Origin: Eledone cirrhosa
Lineage: Eukaryota
Assembly (NCBI GenBank): GCA_964016885.1
Contig: OZ024742.1
Location: 272,428,001-272,492,000, forward strand
Reading direction: 5' to 3'
DNA length: 64,000 nucleotides
Shown: one piece after another, positions 1-12,370 of the stretch
Position numbering within the stretch: the first letter of the stretch is position 1
Layout: each line of letters opens with the position of its first letter
Made by a program: the position numbers and the translations under genes
The notes under the pieces: generated by a model
Told to the model about the DNA's origin: nothing
Databases searched by the model: none
Seen by the model: only the letters and a program-made list of their open reading frames with translations

Positions 1-3000
1 ACATCCTTGGCGGACCGAACGCATCATGTTGAACGGTTCCGAAAGGTGACCGTTCACTCTCACCACAGAGCAGATGTCGCTGTGCATGGCAGCAATCCAG
101 CCACTGAAGACGGCGGGCCCAAAGCCAGCCGCCCTCAGGACTGCTGGTAGGTAACGATGGTCGACCCTATCGAAAGCTTGTGACTGCTCTAAATTGATCA
201 AGGACCCACCCGTGTCAGGTCCCCTAGTTATCCTCTCCACGATGTATCGCATGCGGTGGAGGTAGTCGTGGATGGATCTGTCGGGAATGGCGCATGTCTG
301 CACCTCTCCCACCTGACCTCCAACGACAAGGGCCAACCTTTTTGCTAGCACCTTGGCCAAAATCTTGAACTTTGTGTTTAGCAGAGTTATGGGCCTGAAA
401 TTATCTATGTTATCCCCCTTGTTCGGATCCTTTCTCAGCTGCGCCACCGCTCCTCGTCTCACAGAGCTGGGAATTCTCCCGTTCTGTTGCCAGCTGCAGT
501 AGACGTCCGCCAAGAGGCCTCCGTTCAAGTCTTGCATCTGTACGTAAAGTTCATAGGACCGACCTTCCTAACCAGGCGATTTACCCCTTGTGCAGCCAGT
601 CATTGCCTCACGTACTTCAGCGGCTGTTATCGGCTGTTTGCAACACCTCGACTCAGTGGCCGAGACCCGCGGCAGTCCGTCGTGGTAGACACTAAAGTCC
701 ATCCCTCGACCCGGCCCGCCGCTGCCCCCGAACATATGAGCGAAGTGTCGCTGAAAAGCTTCACACATTTCCTGGGATCGAGTAACATGCGCCCGTCGTG
801 GTCCACCAAATACGGGATCGTGGATTTATTGCCACGACGCGCCTCCGCCACTCGGGCCCATTACACCTAATTGACTGTATTCGAATCGCTCTTTATAGAG
901 CAAACACCCACTTGTTTTTGACGATGGCCCCCGTCAACGCCCGATTAACTAGTTCGCTAATCCGGTCTCCGTAGGACTTGCGCGCTGGTAAGGACGCATT
1001 TAGCTTCCGGTAGCCGAGTCATCGTATATGAAGCCTATGTGAAGGACACAGATCAGACATTTGTGGTCCGTGTAGCTCTACTATCTTTAATTGTGCACAG
1101 CCTATGCTAGACCTATCTATTTCCCTACAAAATGCTCTAACCAGATATGATCTGGATGACCCAATCCGATTTGTCCAAGTCCACATTGGCACATTCGGGA
1201 AATCCAATCGGTACCTGTCAGACAGTTTAAAACGCCTGAGCAGGTTGCTGAGGCTCTTGCACCCTCCACCCATATCCGTTAATCCCACACGGTCCCAGCG
1301 TGCATCTAAGATCCCGTTCCAGTCACCAACTAACACTAAAGAACGGGACGTTCTAAGAAAGTTCTCCAGACGCCAGATTAAATCAGGCCGCCCTTCTCCT
1401 GTCGGCGTATAGATGGCCACTAGCCTGAAAGCTTGCCCATCTCCGCTGGTCACGTTCAGCACCACCAACTTACCTTCTGGGTCCAGGAAGATGGCCCGTA
1501 TGACGAGATCCAAACCTCTCTGAAAAAGCACAGCAGCTACTCCTCCCGATTCCGGACGGCTGGTAATGCGTACACATCGTAGCCGCCGAAGATGGGGGCG
1601 AAGGCCCGTGCTTCGGAGATTCTGGTCTCGCTGATGGCCACTACATCTATGTTTAGTGACCTGAGGTCATTGAGCATATGGCCCTGCTTCCATGACGTCC
1701 ACAAGCCACGCGCATTTATGCTGCCTATTCTGAGTGAGGTCATGTTGAAATGGAGTGGAAAAGATAGGAAGACCACTTACCTTACTTCTCGTAGAGGAAG
1801 GATGGTTTCGTCATTCTTTGCACTGCTTGTGGCCTCCTCCGGAAGGATGTCTTTATAAATCCTCCTGGAGAGCGCTTGTCGGAAGTCTCCGATGTCTCTG
1901 GGGGTATTTTTGTTTTAGTGTCGTGTACGATTTCTATGTGATGCGAGTGATTTGTATGTGTGGAGGTGGTGTGAACTTTTGGGGTGTTGTGTAGTCTTTA
2001 TCTGTGATGCTGCTGTTGTGTTGGATGTAGTGTAATAATTGGTTGTTGTTCAAATTTAATGCTATGTAGTGTGCATCGTTTTGGTAGTATCGCTTTGATT
2101 GCGTTTGTTGTGGGTTTCCTTCTGTTTCGCTTTTTGGTGACTTTTGTGGTGTTGGTGATGGTGGTGTTTCGGTTAATGATGGTGATGGGGTTGGTGATGC
2201 TGGTGTGGATGGTGGCATAGCTGTCATGACTTTTTTGGTTGATAGTTTATTTGTTTCCCTCTGTATTTTGTATTTGGAGGGAGAAGGAAGGGTATTTCTT
2301 TTCTTTTTTGGCTACTTTTTTTTTTATTTTCCTGATACCGTTTCCCACTCCTCATCGTCACAATCTGTTTCCAGTTGTGATAGGTCGTTGGATTGGAAAA
2401 TCCTCCACAGGATTTGGTTTTGGTTGTTGCGTGGTGGATGGTGTAGTCGCTGGTGCTAGTTCTGGCGCGTTCGGTGGTGGTGGTGTTGGTTGTGTTACTG
2501 TTGCTGGGGTTGTTTCTGTTACAGTTGCTTCTGTTGTTGCTGCTACAGTTGTTGCTGCCATCTCTGCTGCTGGTGGTGTTGATGGTTGAGTCACTGGGGT
2601 GGCTAAGAGAGGTGACCTCAACCTTTTAGCCTGAGGGCAGAAAGCCATTAGGTGGGTTCCTTCACCACAAACGACACACCTAGGCCTTCTTCCCTCAACG
2701 ATTACGGTGAGGTGGCTGCCGTCAGTGAAGTCTATTACCTCTGGGATCTCCTCAATGCTTTTTTGGTCCGCTTGGATCAGGAGCTCCATCCCAGTTCCGG
2801 ACCAGTTCTCCTCCTTTTCTTTCGCTATTTCGATTATGTTGGTGCTGGCCTCGATGCCGGTGAGGACGGCAGCCATTAGCCAGGGAATTCGATGGCCTGT
2901 GGAACGTGGGTCACCCTGATCTTTACGAGTCTCTGGCCACAATAGCTTGGGATGAATGTGAAATCGTCACTTCTTAATGGAGACATGAAGTGCTCTCTGG

Positions 3001-3802
3001 CCTCCTGTGGTGTTCCAAAGAACACGTCCACGGTTCCATATCTCTGCCCACGTCTGATGTGGGTTTTTTCCAAAGATTTTTGGATTTGGGACTCGGATGC
3101 CCGTTCCACTCGGCGCAATTTTATGTTAATCGACCGATATGACAATGGTGCATAGACGCCGATGCTCCATTTTATTCGGTGTGTGTGTGGGGGGGGGGTG
3201 AGACTGACCCTGTACCCATGTTTCTCTTGGCTTCATCTTATTCCTCCTGAGTTACTTGGATTGTTTTGCATTTTTTGGCTGCTTTGGCAAATGATAGTAG
3301 TGTTGTTATTCTCATTGTTGTTATATCTGTTGTTGTTATTGTTATTTGTGTTATTGTTATTTTTAGTTTCTGTTGTCGCTGTGGTGGTGGTGGGGGTGGG
3401 GGGCTTCAACACATGCATTCATTGGTAATGACAGGAAATGAATGTCTGCATGAGACAAATTTAAATTAGTGCTACTGCTTAAATTGTTAGTGTTGGCAAA
3501 CGTAGTAATATTTACAATGGTGGTGTTGGTGTGAGGTGTTAGTTTGTGAGGAAGGCTCCCAACCTGGTGCAGCTGTGATTCGTCCATGTTTTTTTACAAA
3601 CTAATGTTTGTTTGATAATTATAAAAGTTTACATTTTGGGCTCAAGGACCCAATCTTTTTCAGTGTCCTTTACCGAAAGCAAATTATGTGACCTTATAAA
3701 CACTTAACAACATAAATGTTTCCATGAATGGCAATTTGTTTCAACTGAAAACAACAGACCTTTGCGGAGCTCACGATGATACGATTTCCTACGTAGGTCC
3801 CC
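1..3802 (-). mobile_element. Tx1/L1-clade non-LTR retrotransposon, copy A (decayed; 3' part runs off window start)
   Basis: Minus-strand fragments are homologous to the copy at 12369-18312: APE start MTSLRIGSINARG (1743 down), LVGDWN, TWTNRIGSSRSY, RT start GKSPG. ORF1 knuckle CVVCGEGTHLMAFC lies in ORF 2358-2942. The 5' end abuts (AAT)10 at 3803-3832. Frameshifts and deletions are present. Confidence 0.9.

Positions 3803-3832
<30 letters not shown>
3803..3832. repeat. (AAT)n junction microsatellite
   Basis: Ten AAT units between the 5' end of Tx1 copy A and Dong copy 1. Confidence 0.95.
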
Positions 3833-3834
<2 letters not shown>

Positions 3835-6383
3835 CGGGCTGGCTAGGACAAGATTTGGTTGATATCCTAAACTTAGTGGTAGATGAATTGAACAATGATA
3901 GTGGGAAACCTATGAACCTAAGATTTGTAGACAGGAAAAAGTTAAAAGAAACAACAGCTAAGGTAAACAAAGTCATCCCATACCTTGAGGCGAGGAGCCT
4001 TCACCAGTGCAACAATATCCTCAAAGCAACAGCAAATACGGTGAGGAAACTGCTTTGTATAAAAGCGAGAGGAAACAACAAACAAGAAAGATGAGAGCCT
4101 TGGTGGAAGAAACGACTGAGTGGTCAAATCAGGGAAATGAGAAATGTCATTGGAAACCTTGAGTCCCTACTGAATGGGACACTAAAAAAAAAAGACACTA
4201 AAAATAGACTGGAAATAAAGTACAAAACTAGGAGGAAAAAGCTAAATATTATCATAGAGGAACTGAAGCAACGCTTGTAGCAAAGAGTGCACAAATCAGG
4301 CGATACGAGAACAGAGTCAGTCAGTATAGACAGAACCGCATGTTCGACAACAACCAGAAGATGCTGTTTGGACAGCTTGAAGGGAAAGAAAGAGGCAACG
4401 ACTTGATCCCTGAGGCGGAACAAACTAAAACATTCTGGAGAGGAATATGGGAGCAGGATGTTAAACATAATGACCAGCCAGTGTGGATTTAGAGATACAG
4501 AAGGAGATTAGTGAACAGGCACACCAACAAACTGATTTGAGTATCACAGTTGAAACTCTTAAGGGTGAGGTGTCAGAGTGGTGTCGGGTGAGGTGCCAGA
4601 GTGGTTGACAAAAGGTACCACAGTTCTGATAATGAAAGACCGAATGAAGGGTAATGATGTTACCAACTATAGACCTATCACATGTCTGTCCGTAATGTGG
4701 AAACTGTTGACAAGCATTACGTCTGAGGAAATCTACCATCACCTCCACACAAACAACTTGTTACCGGACGAACAGAAAGGATGCCGAATGAAGTCACGTG
4801 GTACAAAGGACCAGTTACTTATTGATAAGATGGTAATGGGGAATTGAAAGAGGAGACACTGGTCTTGCCAGGGGATGGATAGACTACAAAAAGGCATTTG
4901 TCATGGTGCCTCATTCTTGGATCACCAAAATCCTGGAGATCTTCAGGGTGGCAGATAACATCAGACAGTTGTTGGGCAAAAGTATGAAGTCCTGGGAAAC
5001 AGAGTTAACATCAACTGGAGAATCCTTGGGAAGCGTGAAGATCAAGAGAGGTATCTTCCAGGGAGATAGTCTGTCCCCTCTGTTGTTTGTCCTTGCCCTT
5101 ATGCCCCTGACCAGTGTACTGCGAAAAGTGAGAGCAGGATACAGGTTGGGAAAGGGAGGGCTTACCATCAATCACCTCCTCTTCATGGACGATCTTAAGC
5201 TCTTCGGGAAGAGTGAGAAGGAGCTAGATGTGCTTGTTGACACTGTCCGTATTTTCACCAATGATATATGTATGTAATTTGGTATTAGTAAGTGTGGAGT
5301 CCTTGTGATGAAGAGGGGTAAATTGAGCAGAGTAACGGAATCGAGGTACCAACAGGTGAGATGATAAAGGAAATTGACTCTGAAGTAGGATACAAGCATT
5401 TGGGTATTCTGGAGGCTGATGACACCAAGAACAAAAAAATGAAGGAATTGATAAGAACTGAATAGTTTCGGAGAGTAAGGAGCGTATTAAAGTCACATCT
5501 GAACAGTAGGAATGCCATAGTGGTGTCTATTATTAGGTACAGTGCGGGAATTCTGAGATGGAATGTTGCTGAACAAAAAGAAATGGATAGGAAGACTAGG
5601 AAGCTATTGACTATCTACAACATGTTCCACAAGAGTGTGATTTCGATAGACTCTACTTAAGGAGGTTTGAAGGTGGAAGAGGTCTTATCCGCATAGAGTA
5701 CTGTGTTCAGATGGAGAAAAACAACCTTCACAAATACGTGACTGATAGTAAGGAGCCAATGGTCAGAACTGTACTGAAGGAGGGGAATATAGACCAGGGG
5801 ATGTCCAAGGAGGAAATAACATCAAGGAGAAAGAGCAGCCTTCAGGAAAAATCCCTTCATAGTACCTTCTTTGAGAAAACTGAATTTAGAGATCCACAGA
5901 CATGGAACTGGCTGAAAAGAGGAGATACAACACGATCAGGTGAAGGTGCTGTGGGATTATAGGATACAGACGGACAAGAAACTGGAACACAACAGACCTG
6001 ACCTGGTGGTTGTGGACAAAGAAAAAAATCGTGCCTGATTGTGGTTGTGGCCTGCCCATTTGACACGAGAGTGCAAGAGAAGGAGAGGGAGAAAATTAAA
6101 CGATACCAGGACTTAAAGTGGGAGGTAAAAAGGATTTGGAACTGCCATGAAGTCAAAGTTGCCCCGATTGTCATAGGCGCAATAGGTACTATCTCAAAAG
6201 TTTCCAGGTATGGTTAAAGAAAATTGGCCCCTTCACGCTTTTTGGAATGCTTCAAAAGGCATGCTTGCTGGGAACAGCAAGAACCCTCCGATACGTCCTG
6301 AATATCTGAGGCTGCAGGTAGTGGCTTGATATTCATTTCAACAAACTTTGCAGTTAACTAACATTAATGACTGAGACTCAAAG
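3833..6383 (+). mobile_element. R4/Dong-clade non-LTR retrotransposon, family 1, copy 1 (5'-truncated, internal deletions, stops)
   Basis: RT motifs [26 protein letters not shown] and HLLFMDDLKL. The RLE region RPDLVVVD...ACPFD is followed by the 3' UTR and an (AAT)n tail at 6384-6435. Highly similar to 7340-9881. Confidence 0.92.
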
Positions 6384-6395
6384 AATAATAATAAC

Positions 6396-6439
<44 letters not shown>

Positions 6440-6699
6440 CCAAAGCAGCACAGCAACAACAGCAAAAAACGAGAAAAACAAACAGAGAAAAACAAAAACA
6501 AAAAAAAAAAGAAACCCCCAAAACGTAAAGAAAATAAGAATGAAGAGAGAAGCAGGCGGACGGACAGAGAAGAGGGGGGAAAAACTAAAACTTAAAAAAC
6601 AAAAACTAAGTCAGACATTCGAACACTACATTACAATGAAACTTATGCTTATTCATTTTTGGGGCCCTTTCTGCCTGTGTGTTTGTTTGTTTATGTGTG

Positions 6700-9600
6700 T
6701 TCGTATACAGCGTGGTGATAATGCCACACAAGGGCCAAGTGGGATGGCGGATCCACAGATGGCTATGTAACCATACATTCGCCAATCCTCGATAAGAGTG
6801 TTTAAATATCGAACATAAACAGTTCGAATAACGGTGAAATGGAGACTAGAACGTCATGTGGCAGACTCTCACCCAACAGGTGCCCCCTGGCTCAGCAGCA
6901 GGAACCTGACTGTCAACCAAATACTGCTGATGTTGGAGGAAGAAGAAGAAGGAAAGGGGCCAGAACCAACTGGACGAAAGAATTGAATAGAACTGTTATG
7001 CAATGCTACCTTGAAAAGTAACCCCAAGGAGAGGGGCTACAGAAGACGGATGCATAACATCTGGAACGAGATTGGTTTATTTAAATTAGATGAACAAAAA
7101 TTGGCCCGGCAGGCTCGGGTAATAAGAACTAATGGGTGGATAAGCGAGCTGGAACTGGAGGAACTGAGCAGAGAGAATGGCTTGGAGATGGCGGGTGTAG
7201 TATGCCAGACAAGCGAGCCAGTGGGAAATGAAGGTGAAGAGGTGCTGAGAACGGAGGAACCACCCGAAGCAGACAATGATCTGAATACTGAGATAAATAA
7301 TACCCGGAACAGAGATACGGCCAGTGAGGAGATGAATGCTGACGGGCTAAGACAAGATTCGGTTGACATCCTAAATTTAGTGGTAGATGAATTGAACAAT
7401 GATAGTGGGAGACCTATGAACCTAAGATTTGTAGACAGGAAAAAGTTAAAAGAAACAACAGCTAAGGTAAACAAAGTCATCCCATACCTTGAGGCGAGGA
7501 GCCTTCACCAGTGCAACAATATCCTCAAAGCAACAGCAAATACGGTGAGGAAACTACTTGGTATAAAAGCGAGAGGAAACAACAGACAAGAAAGAGCAGA
7601 GCCGTGGTGGAAGAAGCGACTGAGTGGGCAAATCGGGGAAATGAGAAATGACATAGGAAAGCTTGAGTCACTACTGAATGGGACACTAAAAAACATAGTC
7701 ACTAAAAATAGACTGGAAATAAAATACAAAACTAGGAGTAAAAAGCTAAATATTATCATAGAGGAATTGAAGCAACGCATTGTAGCAAAGAGTGCAAAAA
7801 TCAGGCGATACGAAAACAGAGTCAGTCAGTATAAACAGAACCGCATGTTCGACAACAACCAGAAGATGCTGTTTGGACAGCTTGAGGGGAAAGAAAGAGG
7901 CAACGACTTGATCCCTGGGGCGGAACAAACTAAAACATTCTGGAGAGGAATATGGGAGCAGGATGTTAGACATAATGCCCAGGCAGGGTGGATTGAGACA
8001 GTACAGAGGGAGATCGGTGAGCAGGCACAACAACAAACTGATTTGAGTATCACAGTTGAAACTCTTAAGGGGCAGGCCAAAATACTAACCAACTGGAAAT
8101 CACCAGGCCCAGATGGTGTGCAGGGGTATTGGATTAAACATTTAACATCCCTCCACCCGAAGCTGACGGCCATGTTCAATGACTGCTTGGTGTCGGGTGA
8201 GGTGCCAGAGTGGTTGACAAAAGGTACCACAGTTCTGATAATGAAAGACCGAATCAAGGGTAATGATGTTACCAACTATAGACCTATCGCATGTCTGTCC
8301 GTAATGTGGAAACTGTTGACGAGCATTGTGTCTGAGGAAATCTACCATCACCTCCACACAAACAACTTGTTGCCGGACGAACAGAAAGGATGCCGAAAGA
8401 AGTCACGTGGTACAAAGGACCAGTTACTTATTGATAAGATCGTAATGGGGAATTGCAGGAGGAGACACACTGATCTTGCCATGGGATGGATAGACTACAG
8501 AAAGGCATTTGACATGGTGCCTCATTCTTGGATCACCAAAAGCCTGGAGATCTTCAGGGTGGCAGATAACATCAGACAGTTGCTGGGCAGGAGTATGGGG
8601 TCATGGGAGACAGAGTTGACATCAACTGGAGTATCCTTGGGAAGCGTGAAGATCAAGAGAGGTATCTTCCAGGGAGATAGCCTGTCCCCTCTGTTGTTTG
8701 TCCTTGCCCTAATGCCCTTGACCATTCCCGAGCTGTGTCTATTACAGTGCGGGAATTCTGAGATGGAATGTTGCTGAACAAAAAGAAATGGATAGGAAGA
8801 CTAGGAAGCTATTGACTATCTACAACATGTTCCACAAGAGGAGTGATGTCGATAGACTCTACCTAAGGAGATCTGAGGGTGGAAGAGGTCTTATCAGCAT
8901 AGAGGACTGTGTTCAGATGGAGAAAAACAACCTATACAAATACGTGACCTATAGTAAGGAGCCAATGCTCAAAACTGTACTGAAGGAGGGGACAGTAGGC
9001 CAGGGGATGTCCAAGGAGGAAATAACATCAAGGAGGAAGAGCAGCCTTAAGGGAAAATCCCTTCATAGTACCTTCTTTGAGAAAACTGAATTTAGAGATC
9101 CACAGACATGGAACTGGTTGAGAAGAGGAGACCTCAAAAAGGCTACAGAAGGAATGATAATGGCTGCGCAGGAGCAGGCCCTCAAAACGAAGTGGTTGAA
9201 GCACCATATTTACAAGGAGGAGGCTAGCCCACTGTGCAGGATCTGTGGAGAGAGAGAGGAGACTGTGGCTCACATTGTGTCCGAGTCTAAACACCTAGCC
9301 CAGACCCACTATAAGGGCTGGAGACACGATGTGATGGGCAGGGTGATCCACTGGCACCTGTGCAAAGTAAACAATTTACCACATTCTGAGAAATGGTATG
9401 AGCATAGGCCGGAGGCGGTGATGGAGAACAATCAGGTGAAGGTGATGTGGGATTTTAGGATACAGACGGACAAAAAACTGGAACACAATAGACCTGACCT
9501 TGTGGTTGTGGACAAAGAAAAAAGATCGTGTCTGATTGTGGATGTGGCCTGCCCGTTCGACACGAGAGTGCAAGAGAAGGAGAGGGAGAAAATTAACCGA

Positions 9601-9881
9601 TACCAGGACCTAAAGTGGGAGGTGAAAAGGATTTGGAACTGCCATGAAGTCAAAGTGATCCCGATTGCCATAGGCGCACTGGGGACTATCTCCAAAAGTT
9701 TCCAGGGATGGTTAAAGAAAATCGGCCCCTTCACGCTTTTTGGAACGCTTCAAAAGGCATGCTTGCTTGGAACAGCAAGAACCCTCCGATACGTCCTGAA
9801 TATCTGAGGCTGCAGGTAGTGGCTTGATATTCATTCCAACGGACTTTCCAGTTAACCAACATCAATGACTGAGATTCAAGG
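6700..9881 (+). mobile_element. R4/Dong-clade retrotransposon, family 1, copy 2 (near full length, internal RT deletion); 5' boundary approximate
   Basis: N-terminal Myb-like region RTNWTKELNRTVMQCY/SNPKERGYRRRMHNIW, then RT up to QGDSLSPLLF. A deletion at ~8723 removes the FMDD motif. CCHC-type CRICGEREETVAHIVSE, RHD and RLE RPD...DVACP...EK...YQDL follow. Tail at 9882-9923. Confidence 0.93.
6839..9807 (+). pseudogene. Dong/R4 single ORF (Myb-like, RT, zinc knuckle, restriction-like endonuclease), disrupted
   Basis: ORF-track pieces 6839-7021, 7011-8777 and 8788-9807, broken by a frameshift near 7015 and the deletion near 8723. Confidence 0.9.
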
Positions 9882-9890
9882 AATAACAAC

Positions 9891-9923
<33 letters not shown>

Positions 9924-9924
<1 letters not shown>

Positions 9925-11066
9925 TGTCTATTATTAGGTACAGTGCAGGAATTCTGAGATCGAATGTTGCTAAACAAAATGAAATGGATAGGAAGACTAG
10001 GAAGCTATTGACTATCTACAACATGTTCCACAAGAGGAGTGATGTCGATAGACTCTACTTAAGTAGATCTGAAGGTGGAAGAGGTCTTATCAGCATAGAG
10101 AACTGTGTTCAGATGGAGAAAAACAACCTACACAAATATGTGACTGATAGTAGGGAGCCAATGCTCAGAATTTTACTGAAGGAGAGGACAATAGACCAAG
10201 GGATGCCCAAGGAGGAAATAACAACTAGGAGAATGAGCAACCTTCATGAAAAATCCCTTCATAGTACCTTCTTTAAGAAAACTGAAATCAGAGATACACA
10301 GACATGGAACTGGTTGAAAAGAGGTGACATTAAAAAGGCTACAGAAGGAATGCTAATGGCTGCGCAAGAGCCGGTCCTCAAAACGAAGAGGCTGAAACAC
10401 CATATTTACAAGGATGAGGCTAGCCCACTGTGCAGGATCTGTGGAGAGAGAGAGGAGACTGTGGCTCACATTGTATCCGAGTGTAAATACCTAGCCCAGA
10501 CTCACTATAAAGGCTGGAGATATGATGTGATGGACAGGGTGATCCATTGGCACCGATGCAAAATAAACAATTTACCATATTCTGAGAAGTGGTATGAGCA
10601 TAAGCCAGAGTCGGTGATAGAAAACGATCAGGTGAAGGTGCTGTGGGATTTTAGGATAGAGACGGACACGAAACTGGAATACAATAGACCTGAACTGGTG
10701 GTTTTGGACAAGGAAAAAGATCGTGCCTAATTGTGGATGTGGCCTGCCCATTCGACACGAGGGTGCAAGAGAAGGAGAGGGAGAAAATTGACCGATACCA
10801 GGACTTAAAGTGGGGGGTAAAAAGGATTTGGAACTGCCATGAAATCAAAGTGGTCCCGATTGTCATAGGCGCACTCAATGAGTTTCCAGGGATGGTTAAA
10901 GAAAATTGGCCCCGCCCCGTTTTTTGTAACACTTCAAAAGGCATGCTTGCTGGGAACAACAAGAAACCTCCGATCAGTGCTGAATATCTGAGGCTGCAGT
11001 ATGGCTTGATCTTCATTTCAACAAACTTTCCAGTTAACCAACATCAATGACTGAACATCAAAAAAC
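9924..11066 (+). mobile_element. R4/Dong family 1, copy 3 (5'-truncated 3' part)
   Basis: ORFs 9924-10730 and 10733-11050 carry CRICGEREETVAHIVSEC and the RLE motifs. Flanked on both sides by (AAT)n (9882-9923 and 11067-11093). Confidence 0.92.
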
Positions 11067-11093
11067 AATAATAATAATAATAATAATAATAAT

Positions 11094-11207
11094 GATTTCT
11101 TTATTAACCACAAGGGTTTACCTAAAGTAGACATTAAGGACAGTGCAGGACAATCAGGACGGTACAAATGGGCTTTTCTTCGTGTAAAAAACAAAAACAG
11201 AGGATAT
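11094..11207 (-). mobile_element. Tx1-clade 3'-terminal stub (~115 bp, severely 5'-truncated insertion)
   Basis: Near-identical to the 3' terminus of copy B at 12369-12485 (gatttctttattaaccacaagggttta...) and adjacent to (AAT)n. Confidence 0.88.
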
Positions 11208-11217
11208 AACAAATAAT

Positions 11218-11393
11218 TGTTTCTACTTTAGGCACAAGGCCAGCAAATTACCCAGTGCATTACTGGTACTTTATTTTATCGACTCCGTAAGGATGAAAGG
11301 CAAAGTCAACCTCGGCGGGATTTGAACTCAGATCGTAAAGGGACGTAACTATGCTGGAAAGCATGGCGTCCGACCCTCTACCGATACTGCCAA
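11218..11393 (-). mobile_element. tRNA-type SINE (slightly 5'-truncated) with 10-bp TSD
   Basis: Minus strand shows A-box-like TGGCAGTATCGG, B-box GAGTTCAAATCC and central GCCTTTCATCCTTACGGAGTCGATAAAATAAAGTACCAG. TSD AACAAATAAT at 11208-11217 and 11394-11403. Near-identical to 56174-56358. Confidence 0.9.
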
Positions 11394-11413
11394 AACAAAT
11401 AATAATAATACTA

Positions 11414-12329
11414 ATGGCTAAGAAATGGCAAGAAAAGCCTCTGTATGGAAAATAACAGAAAGCGCTAACAATCCTGATGTTGACAAAACTTTAACCCATC
11501 AGTGGTTGGCATCCTCTGGACTGAAATCGGAGAGTGAAGGACTGATTATATCAGCACTAGATCAGTGACTGACAACAAAATTACCAAGACAACATAATAA
11601 AAAATGGATGCAACCCATTATGCCGTGTATGTAAAAAACAACCAGAGACCATTGGTCATATAATTTCAATGTGCAGTCCTATAGCTCCAACCGAATAACT
11701 AAACAGGCATGACAGAGCTGCACAATACATACATTGTATAATGTGTAAGCATTTTGACCTGCCCCATCAAAAGAATTGGTGGGAGCATCAACCACCTCCC
11801 ATACTTGATAAAGATCACCTCTCAATTTTGTGGAACTTTAGCATCCAAACAGACCAAAAAATAGATTCAAATAGACCTGATATAATACTGAAGGACTTTA
11901 AAAAGAGAGTATGCCTGTTAATTGATATTTCCGTTTCAATAAACAAGAATGTATCTATAAAAACATTTGAAAAATTGAGCAAGTATTAGGACCTGGAGAT
12001 AGAAATTGGAAAAATGTGGAAATTGAGAACTAAACAATACCAGTGGTTGTAGGCGCTCTAGGAATGATACCTAAGGGGTCTAATGATTACTTATCGCAAA
12101 TCCCAGGAGACCCGCGTATAGGAGAAATACAAAAGATAGTACTAATGGTAACTGCCAATATACTAAACAAGATTCTGTCAATATAAGTACATCACAAGTC
12201 TAAACACCTAAAGATGCATGTGAATGTATGTATGTTCTTTCTTGAACATGGCGGACCTTATTGTCTCTTGAGGTCACTGGTTGTGACATGGTGATAACTC
12301 GTATGAACATAAAGCAAGATAAATGCAAC

Positions 12330-12330
<1 letters not shown>
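11414..12330 (+). mobile_element. R4/Dong family 2, 3' fragment
   Basis: ORF 11741-11989 (WWEHQP...LWNFSIQTDQKIDSNRPDIILKD...LIDISV) is an RLE domain. The DNA matches 25990-26854. (AAT)n tail at 12331-12368. Confidence 0.88.
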
Positions 12331-12370
<40 letters not shown>

